The position numbers and the translations under genes are program-made. A stretch of 64,000 nucleotides of DNA, taken from Methanocaldococcus sp. 16A (lineage in GTDB: Archaea; AGJL01; Methanococci; Methanococcales; Methanocaldococcaceae). Shown here one piece after another: positions 52,003-60,708 of this stretch; within the stretch, counting starts at the first letter, position 1, and the number at the start of each line of letters is the position of its first letter. A model generated the notes under the pieces. It was not told where the DNA came from. It searched no databases and saw nothing but the letters and a program-made list of their open reading frames with translations. The DNA is taken from the NCBI GenBank assembly GCA_049860595.1, contig CP187551.1. One strand, written 5' to 3'.

Positions 52003-52097
52003 GATGGGGGGTAAGTACCCTTAACTTATTATAAATTTGATTCTCATATACTCATCAAATTGTTTAAATCAAAATTAATAACTTTGAGGGGTTAGTT

Positions 52098-52502
52098 ATG
52101 GAGCCTGTAATAATTGCTTTCTGTTGCTATCAATGAGGTTATGGGGCTGCTGACTTAGCAGGGACAAGTAGAATGCAATACCCTGCAACCGTAAGAATCG
52201 TCAGGCTCCCTTGCACCGGTAAATTTGACGTTACCTATGCTTTAAGAGCTTTCCAAAAGGGAGCCGACGGAGTTATGGTTGTAGGGTGAAAGAAAGGAGA
52301 GTGTGCTTACGAAACAGGTAACACAAGAGCTGAGGAGAGGGTTAGGTTCGTTAAAGAATTATTGGATGAATTAGGAATCGGCGGAGACAGAATTGAAATG
52401 TACTTCATGACAGCTGCTGAGGCTGACAAATTTGTCTCCGCCGTTAACGAAATGACTGAAAAACTCCAAAAACTCGGACCTAACCCTCTCAAAGCTCAAT
52501 AA
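52098..52502 (+). CDS. vhuD: F420-non-reducing hydrogenase subunit D, selenoprotein (134 aa, Sec13 and Sec64); missed by the ORF track
   Basis: MEPVIIAFCCYQ-U-GYGAADLAG...RLPCTGK...VMVVG-U-KKGECAY; TGA at 52134 and 52287; TAA at 52500. Confidence 0.95.
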
Positions 52503-52523
52503 AGCCGGAGATTAAAGGGATGA

Positions 52524-52557
52524 GTTCTCTCGGGAACCCGTCAGGGACCGAGAGAAC
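52524..52557 (+). promoter_or_regulatory. Archaeal SECIS element (vhuD)
   Basis: GUUCUCUCGG-GAA-CCC-GUCA-GGG-A-CCGAGAGAAC. Confidence 0.93.
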
Positions 52558-52626
52558 AACCGCCCCTATGTGAGGGGTTCTCCGGCTTTTGTAAAATTTA
52601 ATTTAAACTTTCTTAGGGTGATTACC

Positions 52627-53484
52627 TTGGCAGTAAAGGTGGGGATGATTCAATTATGCGGATGTTCAGGCTGTCATATTTCTTTATTAGATTTACACGA
52701 TAAGTTGTTAGAAGTTTTACCAAATTTAGAGATTGTATATGCTCCAATAGTTGCAGACCCTAAGGAGATTCCAGAGGGCATAGATGTGTTTTTAGTTGAG
52801 GGAGGAATTAGGAATGAGCACGATGAGCATTTAATTGAAGAAATTAGAGAGAAATCAAAGATTGTTATTGCATGGGGAACCTGTGCTGCTTATGGAGGAA
52901 TTCCAGGTTTAGCTAACTTATATACAAAAGAAGAACTGTTAAATACAGTATATACAACTGATTCAACTGATAATAAAGGAGAAATTCCTTCAGAAGGAAT
53001 TCCTGCTTTAGAAGAATATGTTAAGCCAATAAGCGATTTTGTAAAAGTTGATTACATAATTCCTGGATGCCCACCAACACCAAAAATGATTGCCGATGCA
53101 ATTGTTGCATTGTTAAATGGAGAAGAGCCAAAATTACCAACAAAAATTGTCTGTGATGAATGTCCAAGAAAGAAAGAAAATGTATTCCCAGAGAAGTTTA
53201 AGAGAACCTATGAAGGAAAACCAGACTCAGAAAGATGTTTATTTGAGCAAGGTTACACATGTTTAGGATTTGCTACAAGAGCTGGATGTGGAGCAAAGTG
53301 TCCTAATGCAGGGGTTCCATGTAGAGGATGCTATGGTAAGACAGATAAGTCATTAGACTTAGGAGCTAACGCAGCTAACGTATTAGCTAATGCTGGAGAA
53401 GCAGCTTTAGCAATTCCAGACAAAGTAGCTTTATTAAACAGATTCACATTGCCAGATGCTTTAATTAATAGAAAGGTAAAGTAA
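52627..53484 (+). CDS. vhuG: F420-non-reducing hydrogenase small subunit G
   Basis: CSGC, EGG, GTCA and GCPP motifs; TTG start after GGGTGA. Confidence 0.93.
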   Translation: MAVKVGMIQLCGCSGCHISLLDLHDKLLEVLPNLEIVYAPIVADPKEIPEGIDVFLVEGGIRNEHDEHLIEEIREKSKIVIAWGTCAAYGGIPGLANLYTKEELLNTVYTTDSTDNKGEIPSEGIPALEEYVKPISDFVKVDYIIPGCPPTPKMIADAIVALLNGEEPKLPTKIVCDECPRKKENVFPEKFKRTYEGKPDSERCLFEQGYTCLGFATRAGCGAKCPNAGVPCRGCYGKTDKSLDLGANAANVLANAGEAALAIPDKVALLNRFTLPDALINRKVK

Positions 53485-53525
53485 TTATAAAAAATTAAAT
53501 ATAATAATAAAATAAGGGTGAATTT

Positions 53526-54782
53526 ATGGGGAAGATAGTAATTGAGCCCCTATCAAGATTGGAAGGGCATGGTAAGGTAACTATTACCTTAGATGAAAAT
53601 GGAAAGCCTAAAGATGTTAAATTGCATATAACAGCATTAAGAGGATTTGAGCAGTTTGTTGTTGGAAGACCAGCTGAGGAAGTTCCAAGAATAGTTCCAA
53701 GAATTTGTGGTATTTGCCAGACAGCACACCACTTAGCGAGTGTTAAAGCAGTTGATGCTGCTTGGGGTGTAGAGATTCCAGAGCCAGCAAAAAAATTGAG
53801 AGAATTAATGCATATAGGAAACATGATTCACAGTCATGCGTTGCACTTCTACTTCTTAGCAGCTCCTGACTTTGTTCTTGGAGTTGATGCAAATCCTGCA
53901 ATAAGAAATGTTGTAGGAGTTATAGACAAAGCTCCTGAAGCTGCTAAGCAGGCAATTGCATTAAGAAAGTTTGGACAAAAAATTGTTGAGGCTATTGGTG
54001 GAAAGGCAATCCACCCAGTTACTGGAATTCCAGGAGGACAAGCAAAGAGATTAACTGAAGAAGAGAGAGATGAATTGTTGAAGGATGCTGACCAAATGAT
54101 AGAATACGCTAAAAATGGAATTGAGTTAATAAAACAAATAAATGAACAGTATATGGAACAAATAAAGACATTGGGTGTTATTGATACATGGTATTTAGGT
54201 TTAGTTAAAGATGGAAAACACAACTTCTACGATGGAACTTTAAGATTCCTCTCACCAGATGGAAAAGAGAAAGTTGATTTCAAACCAGCTGAATATTTAG
54301 ATTACATAGGAGAGCATGTAGTTCCTCACAGCTATGTTAAATATCCATACTACAAGAAAGCTGGCTATCCTGATGGAATTTACAGAGTAGGGCCTTTACC
54401 AATGTTAAATGTATGTGAAGCTATGGAAACTCCATTAGCAGAAGAATATAGAAAAGAATTCTTTGATATCTTTGGGTTTCCAGCAAATCAATCATTAGCT
54501 TATCATCATGCAAGATTAATAGAATTAGTTGAGGCTTGTGAAAAAGCAAAGATGTTATTAGAAGATAACGATATTACATCAGATGATATTAAGGCAGAAG
54601 TTGAGCCAAAAGCTGGAAATGGTGTTGGAGTAGTTTATGCTCCAAGAGGAGTTTTAATCCACAACTACGAAACTGATGAAAATGGAATTGTTGTTAAAGC
54701 AAATATGATTGTTGCTACAACTCACAACGTTCCAACAATGGAAAAAGCTATTCAACAGGCAGCTCAAGAAATCTTTAAATAA
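53526..54782 (+). CDS. vhuA: F420-non-reducing [NiFeSe] hydrogenase large subunit A (lacks the C-terminal DPxxxC segment)
   Basis: RLEGH and RICGIC motifs; ends before the L2 motif, which VhuU supplies. Confidence 0.95.
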   Translation: MGKIVIEPLSRLEGHGKVTITLDENGKPKDVKLHITALRGFEQFVVGRPAEEVPRIVPRICGICQTAHHLASVKAVDAAWGVEIPEPAKKLRELMHIGNMIHSHALHFYFLAAPDFVLGVDANPAIRNVVGVIDKAPEAAKQAIALRKFGQKIVEAIGGKAIHPVTGIPGGQAKRLTEEERDELLKDADQMIEYAKNGIELIKQINEQYMEQIKTLGVIDTWYLGLVKDGKHNFYDGTLRFLSPDGKEKVDFKPAEYLDYIGEHVVPHSYVKYPYYKKAGYPDGIYRVGPLPMLNVCEAMETPLAEEYRKEFFDIFGFPANQSLAYHHARLIELVEACEKAKMLLEDNDITSDDIKAEVEPKAGNGVGVVYAPRGVLIHNYETDENGIVVKANMIVATTHNVPTMEKAIQQAAQEIFK

Positions 54783-54873
54783 AAATATTTTTAGATGTGA
54801 ATAAGTATTATTAGCCATTTCTTTCACTTTCCATATTACGATTATCCAATCACTAACTATTATGGTGATGAGT

Positions 54874-55026
54874 ATGGCTGAAAAAAGCACAGTCAAAGTT
54901 GATGAGGTAAAGTTAAATTTAATTGAGGTAGTTTTGAGGGCTTACGACCCTTGATACTCATGTGCTGCCCATATAATAGTTAAAGATGAGAAAGGAAATA
55001 AAATTATAGAGATTATTAAAGAATAA
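54874..55026 (+). CDS. vhuU: VhuU selenopeptide (50 aa, Sec27); missed by the ORF track
   Basis: [37 protein letters not shown]...; TGA at 54952; GGTGA RBS. Confidence 0.95.
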
Positions 55027-55061
55027 GCTCACAACCGAACCCATTTGGGAGGTTGTGAGCT
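55026..55061 (+). promoter_or_regulatory. Archaeal SECIS element (vhuU)
   Basis: AGCUCACAACC-GAA-CCC-AUUU-GGG-A-GGUUGUGAGCU. Confidence 0.93.
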
Positions 55062-55138
55062 CTTTCCCCTTACGCAAGGGGAATTCGCTAAAATCCTTTT
55101 ATGGATTTTAGCGCAAAATTTTTAGGAGGATGGGATTG

Positions 55139-56308
55139 ATGAGCATAACAATCCAGAGAGAAGCGTGTTTAGTGTGCTATGCATGTCAGGCAGAATGTCC
55201 GACAAAAGCGATAGATATAGACAGTTTTAATGTGTGTACATTATGCATGCAGTGTGTCAATGTATGCCCGACAGGGGCGTTAGTAGAGGAAGAGATAGAG
55301 ATTGAAGGAAAAACTGTGAAGAGAGTTAATTACTTAGCTCATAAGTGTGAGAAGTGTGGAGCCTGTGCGGAGGTATGTCCTGTAGGGATTAAGAAGGTTG
55401 ATGATGATTTCCCTTACTCAAAAGGACATTGCGTTTTATGTCAAAAATGTATAGAAGTTTGTCCAATTGAAATTATCTCTTTACCAGGGATTATAGACAA
55501 ACCTAAAAAAGAAGTTAAAGCTCCAAAAGAACCTATAGCGGTTACAGACGCTTGTGTAGGCTGCGGAATCTGTGTTCCAGAATGTCCTGTAGATGCAATA
55601 ACCTTAGAAGATAACAAGGCAGTTATTGATAAAAGCAAGTGTATTTACTGCAGTATTTGTGCCCAAACGTGTCCATGGAATGCCATCTTTGTAGCAGGTA
55701 AGATACCTAAGAAGAGGAGAAAAGAAGTTAAGAAATTTGATGTTGATGCAGAAAAATGTATTTACTGTCTAAAGTGTGTTGAAATCTGTCCAGGAGATAT
55801 GATTAAGGTCGATGAGGAAAATATGATTGTTGTTCCACCAAAATCATGTCCTGCTTGTAAGCTATGTGTAAATATCTGTCCAGTCGATGCTTTAGAATTG
55901 GATGTTAAATTAGCCTCTCCACATCCGATAACTGATGAAGGTTTAGTTATTGTAGAAGAGGATTTCGATGTATTGAAGAAATGTGCTTCTGTCTGTCCAA
56001 CTGAAGCGATTGTTGTAGATGATAAGAAAAAAGAAGTTAGAATGTGTATTGTCTGTGGAGCATGTACTGTAGCTTGCCCAACTGGTGCTTTAAAGTTGGG
56101 TAAGATAGAGCATAATGGTAAGGAATACAACAGAATTGAATTTAGCCCATACTTGTGTGATAAATGCGGAAAATGTGTCGAAGTCTGCCCAATGAAAACC
56201 TTAAGATTATCAAGAGGCAAATTGCCTCTAAAAGGTTATTGCGTAATGTGCCTCCTCTGTCTCTCCTGCGCTGAAGCCGAAAAAAAGAAAGTTTTAGAAT
56301 TAAGATAA
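55139..56308 (+). CDS. vhuB: Polyferredoxin VhuB
   Basis: Many CxxCxxCxxxCP motifs; GGAGG RBS; operon position. Confidence 0.9.
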   Translation: MSITIQREACLVCYACQAECPTKAIDIDSFNVCTLCMQCVNVCPTGALVEEEIEIEGKTVKRVNYLAHKCEKCGACAEVCPVGIKKVDDDFPYSKGHCVLCQKCIEVCPIEIISLPGIIDKPKKEVKAPKEPIAVTDACVGCGICVPECPVDAITLEDNKAVIDKSKCIYCSICAQTCPWNAIFVAGKIPKKRRKEVKKFDVDAEKCIYCLKCVEICPGDMIKVDEENMIVVPPKSCPACKLCVNICPVDALELDVKLASPHPITDEGLVIVEEDFDVLKKCASVCPTEAIVVDDKKKEVRMCIVCGACTVACPTGALKLGKIEHNGKEYNRIEFSPYLCDKCGKCVEVCPMKTLRLSRGKLPLKGYCVMCLLCLSCAEAEKKKVLELR

Positions 56309-56329
56309 CTAAAAAGGGGTGAATCCCTT

Positions 56330-57637
56330 ATGGTAAAGGTTATTAAAAACGTTGTTTGTCCTTTCTGTGGGACATTATGTGATGACTTAGAGATTTTAGT
56401 TGAAGACAACCACATAGTTGGAACAAGACATGCTTGTAGAATTGGAAATGCTAAGTTCATGCACTTTGAAGGGGCTGTAAGATATACAGAACCATTAATG
56501 AGAGAAAATAAAAAAGACGATTTCAAAAAGGTTGATTATGAAACTGCAATTGAAGAAACTGCAAGATTGTTAACTGAAGCGGCTCTACCATTAATCTACG
56601 GATGGAGTGCTACTGAATGTCACGCACACATGTATGGAGTAGAGTTAGCTGAGTTAGTTGGAGCAGTTGTTGATAACACTGCAAGTGTTTGACACGGACC
56701 TTCACTCTTAGCTGTGCAGGATGTAGGATACCCCGTTTGTACATTAGGAGAGGTAAAAAATAGAGCTGATGTAATTATCTTCTGGGGTTCAAACCCAATG
56801 CACGCCCACCCAAGACATATGAGTAGATATTCAGTATTTGCAAGAGGATTTTTCAGAGAAAGAGGAAGAGAAGATAGAACAGTTATCGTTGTAGATCCAA
56901 GAGAAACAGATACAGCTAAGTTAGCAGATATACACTTACAGGTTGAGCAGCATAAGGATTATGAATTAGTTAGTGCAATGAGAGCAGTGTTAAAAGGATT
57001 TGAATTGCAAGTTGATAGAGTCGCTGGAGTTCCAGCTGATTTAATCTATGAAGCTATGGAAATTTGTAAAAATGCTCAGTTCGGAGAATTGTTCTTCGCA
57101 ATGGGAGTAACAATGACAAAAGGTAAGCATAGAAACATTGATAACGCTATACAATTAATTATTGATTTAAACGCTTACACAAAATTTGGACTAATGCCAA
57201 TGAGAGGTCACTACAACGTAAATGGTTTCAACCAAGTCTTAACTTGGGTTACAGGTTATCCATTTGGAGTTGATTTCTCAAGAGGTTATCCAAGATACAA
57301 CCCTGGAGAGACTACAGCTAATGATTTATTACAAAGAGGAGAAACTGACATGATGTTAAATATTGCTTCAGACCCAGGGGCTCACTTCCCACAAAAAGCA
57401 GTACAACACATGGCAAAGATACCATTAGTTTGTATTGACCCACACGAAACTCCAACAACTCAATTAGCAAATATTATAATTCCTCCAGCAATTGCTGGAG
57501 TTGAGGTTGAAGGTACTGCTTATAGAATGGATGGAGTTCCAATTCAGTTGAAGAAGGTTATAGACCCTCCAGAAGGAGTTTTACCAGATAGAGAGATATT
57601 GAAGATGCTTATTAAGAAAGTTAAAGAGATGCTTTAA
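56330..57637 (+). CDS. fwdB: Tungsten formylmethanofuran dehydrogenase subunit B, selenoprotein (435 aa, Sec121)
   Basis: [10 protein letters not shown]; DNTASV-U-HGPS across TGA 56690-56692; HPRH and RGHYNV motifs. Confidence 0.96.
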
Positions 57638-57749
57638 AAAATTTAATAAGAAAAATATAAATATTGGATTTATACTTAATGGAATATCGGGGTGGGCGTG
57701 CAACGCTAACCATCTTTGGGGGTATCCTACATCCTGCGTTACACGTCGT

Positions 57750-57785
57750 ATGTTGGAGGGGAACCCGTAAGGGACCCTCCAACAT
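57750..57785 (+). promoter_or_regulatory. Archaeal SECIS element (fwdB)
   Basis: AUGUUGGAGGG-GAA-CCC-GUAA-GGG-A-CCCUCCAACAU. Confidence 0.93.
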
Positions 57786-57871
57786 TTTATTATTTTAGAC
57801 TCTTAAATTTATTAATTTAAATTTATAAATTGAATTTTATAAAATAAAAAATCAATTAAAAAGTAAAGGAA

Positions 57872-59428
57872 CTATTTTTCTCTTTTTACCAAGATTTTGT
57901 TGATTCCATCTATAACTGCTTCAACTGAAGCTCTAACTATGTCTTCACTTGCTGCTTTTGTAGTAATTTCTTTTCCATATCCTTCTAATGTTACAATAAC
58001 CTCTGCCAATGCATCAGTACCTCCAGTTATGGCGTTTATATGATACTCTTTAAGTTTAATTTTTTCTCCTATAGCTTTTTGTATTGCCTTAACAGCAGCA
58101 TCCACTGGCCCTACACCAATAGCTGAACTTTTCTTAATCTCTTCCTCAATCTTTAAAGCAACTGAAGCCGTTGGAATAACTCTATTTCCAGTCATAACTG
58201 CTATTTGCTCTAATTCAACAACTCTATCTTCTTTAGCTAACTTACCAACAACATCTTCAACTATTGCTTCAACATCTCTATCAGTAACTCTCTTTCCTTT
58301 GTCTCCAAGTGCCTTAATTCTCTTAACTATCTCATCAAATTGCTCTTTATTTATATCTTTACCAATCTCAATGCCAAGCTCTTTTAACTTTGCCTCAATT
58401 GCATGAGTTCCTGTATGCTTACCTAATATTATTTTCCTCTTCTGTCCAACTAATTCTGGTGGAATTGGCTCATAGGTTAATGCATGAGCTAAAACTCCAT
58501 GGGCATGTATTCCGCTTTCATGAGCAAATGCATTTTCCCCAACAATTGCCTTATTTGGTTGAACTTTAATTTCTGTGTATTTTGATACAAGTTGAGAAAT
58601 TTCATAAAGTTTTTCAGTTTTAATTTCAGTTTCTATACCATAAATTGACATTAAGCTCATAACAACCTCTTCTAATGCTGCATTCCCTCCTCTTTCTCCT
58701 AAACCATTTATTGTACAATGCACTTGCTCTGCTCCAGCCTCAACTGCAGCTAATGAATTAGCTACTGCTAATCCAAAATCATTATGGCAATGAACTGATA
58801 TTGGAACTTTTATTTCTTTTTTTAGCTCATTTATTAAGTAATACATTGCCCTTGGAATCATAACACCAACTGTATCTGGGACATTAATAATATCTGCTCC
58901 AGCATCAATTGCCTTTTTATAAACCTCTATTAAATAATCAAGCTCTGTTCTTGTGGCATCTTCTGCTGAAAACTCTACTCTAATTCCATGTTCTTTTATA
59001 TACTCTATTGCCTCAACTGCTATGTCAATAATCTCTTCCTTAGATTTCTTTAATTTGTATTTTCTATGCAATGGAGAAGTTGCTATAAATGTGTGGATTC
59101 TATCTACACCACAATCAATAGCTACATCAATATCTTTTTTAACAGCTCTTGCTAATCCACAAATCTCAGCATTTAAATTTAATGAGCAGATTTTTTTAAT
59201 AGCCTCTTGCTCACCTAAGGAAGAAACAGGGAAACCAGCTTCAATAACATCAACACCTAAATCATCTAATTTTATAGCAATTTCTATCTTTTCTTCTGGA
59301 GTTAATGAAACTCCTGGAGTTTGCTCACCATCTCTAAGTGTTGTATCGAAAATATAAACTCTATTTGGAATATTTATGTTTTCAAGAGCCTTTTTGATAA
59401 TTTCATTCTCTTCTTTATAAATTATCAT
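57872..59428 (-). CDS. leuA: 2-isopropylmalate synthase
   Basis: [14 protein letters not shown] and GERGGN motifs; C-terminal allosteric domain GVGPVDA (paralogue CimA not excluded). Confidence 0.82.
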   Translation of the reverse strand: MIIYKEENEIIKKALENINIPNRVYIFDTTLRDGEQTPGVSLTPEEKIEIAIKLDDLGVDVIEAGFPVSSLGEQEAIKKICSLNLNAEICGLARAVKKDIDVAIDCGVDRIHTFIATSPLHRKYKLKKSKEEIIDIAVEAIEYIKEHGIRVEFSAEDATRTELDYLIEVYKKAIDAGADIINVPDTVGVMIPRAMYYLINELKKEIKVPISVHCHNDFGLAVANSLAAVEAGAEQVHCTINGLGERGGNAALEEVVMSLMSIYGIETEIKTEKLYEISQLVSKYTEIKVQPNKAIVGENAFAHESGIHAHGVLAHALTYEPIPPELVGQKRKIILGKHTGTHAIEAKLKELGIEIGKDINKEQFDEIVKRIKALGDKGKRVTDRDVEAIVEDVVGKLAKEDRVVELEQIAVMTGNRVIPTASVALKIEEEIKKSSAIGVGPVDAAVKAIQKAIGEKIKLKEYHINAITGGTDALAEVIVTLEGYGKEITTKAASEDIVRASVEAVIDGINKILVKREK

Positions 59429-59490
59429 AATCCCACCAAAAACTTTAATTTATCACATTATACCTATTCAATGAGATATTATAAAAATTT

Positions 59491-60600
59491 TTATAGAAAA
59501 ATTTTTTCTATGAAGTTATAAACTCTAAACGATATTAGCATCCCAGATATTAATAGAGAAAGTAATGAGATGATTTTTATTTTTCCTGAAGATTCTTTGA
59601 ACACTGCCAAATAAAGTAAAAAATAAGCTATTAATGTAAAAAACATGCTCATATCTACCAATGTTTTTGCATCAAAAATTAATAGAGTTATAACCAATAG
59701 AGTATTTAAGATAACTCCATAATGTGGAATTTCTTTTCTCAATTTTGTAAATATTTGAGGAAATATCCTGTCCTTTCCCATTCCATAAGGCATATAAGAT
59801 AATGTAAATAAGACGCTAAACGCACAGCTTGATATAATTATCAATACCCCAACCAATAAAAATAAGTTATCTCCAATTAATATCTTTAATATCTCATTCA
59901 AGTTGTTTGTTTTTACATTTAAAGATATTACAGTTAAAGAAAACAATAAATAAAGAATTCCAATAATAAAAGTTCCTATTAAAAGCCCATAAGCTATAGC
60001 TTTTTGATTTTTAAATGCTGATAATGGCATTGTTATGCCTTCCCAGCCAGTGGCTGTCCATAATCCAAAATAAATTGTTAGAATAGCATTTTTTAAATTG
60101 AACTCTCCAATGCTACCAATTTTTATGCCGTTTGAAAATACTATATACAAAATAATCGTTATCGTTAAAATTCCAAAGATTCTAACAAAGTTTCCTACAA
60201 TTTTTAAACCACACAATATTAAAGCTGTTAATATAACAATTAAACACAATCCAACATAAGGAACATTAAACACAGTATTAAAAATTATCTCAAAGAATGA
60301 TACTACTCCAGATAAGGCAAAAACTCCAGAGAGCCACAATATATAAGCTGAAAAAACACCAATCTCTCTCCCTAAAATTTTCATTACAAACTTATAAACA
60401 CCTCCACTCTCACTAATCTTTGTTGAAGCATAAGCAAAAGGAGATGCCATAATTAAAGATACAAATATTAGTAAAATCCAACCCCATACTATAGATTTCC
60501 CAAACAGCAAGTAGGTTAATGGAGATAAAACAAAAATCCCACCGCCAACAATAGAAGTTATTGTTAAAAATACAGCATCTTTAAGAGTTAAATGCCCCAT
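59491..60600 (-). CDS. APC-family amino acid permease
   Basis: IVGGGIF, SGGVY and GWE motifs; multi-TM. Confidence 0.85.
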   Translation of the reverse strand: MGHLTLKDAVFLTITSIVGGGIFVLSPLTYLLFGKSIVWGWILLIFVSLIMASPFAYASTKISESGGVYKFVMKILGREIGVFSAYILWLSGVFALSGVVSFFEIIFNTVFNVPYVGLCLIVILTALILCGLKIVGNFVRIFGILTITIILYIVFSNGIKIGSIGEFNLKNAILTIYFGLWTATGWEGITMPLSAFKNQKAIAYGLLIGTFIIGILYLLFSLTVISLNVKTNNLNEILKILIGDNLFLLVGVLIIISSCAFSVLFTLSYMPYGMGKDRIFPQIFTKLRKEIPHYGVILNTLLVITLLIFDAKTLVDMSMFFTLIAYFLLYLAVFKESSGKIKIISLLSLLISGMLISFRVYNFIEKIFL

Positions 60601-60708
60601 AACTAACACCAATTATTGTTAATAAATATTTAATGTATAGCTTAAAGCAAAAATATTTAATACATTCTTTTATAATTATCTTTATTCAAAAGTTGATTGA
60701 GGGATAAG

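Noticed and set aside
51857-52024. Small ORFs in the hdrA-vhuD spacer, including one with an in-frame TGA (possible new selenopeptide) and a 26-codon ORF from 51934
   Set aside because: No convincing RBS, atypical codons, no Cys-like context, and they run through the SECIS; better explained as RNA structure
52570-52626. N-terminal extensions in the ORF track for vhuG (and similarly hdrA, fwdC, AI-2E and DUF4013)
   Set aside because: They overlap structured RNA or neighbouring genes; downstream starts have proper SD sequences
50455-56692. hdrA and fwdB as nonsense-mutated pseudogenes
   Set aside because: The TGAs are in frame at conserved Cys-equivalent positions and each gene has a 3' SECIS, so these are Sec codons
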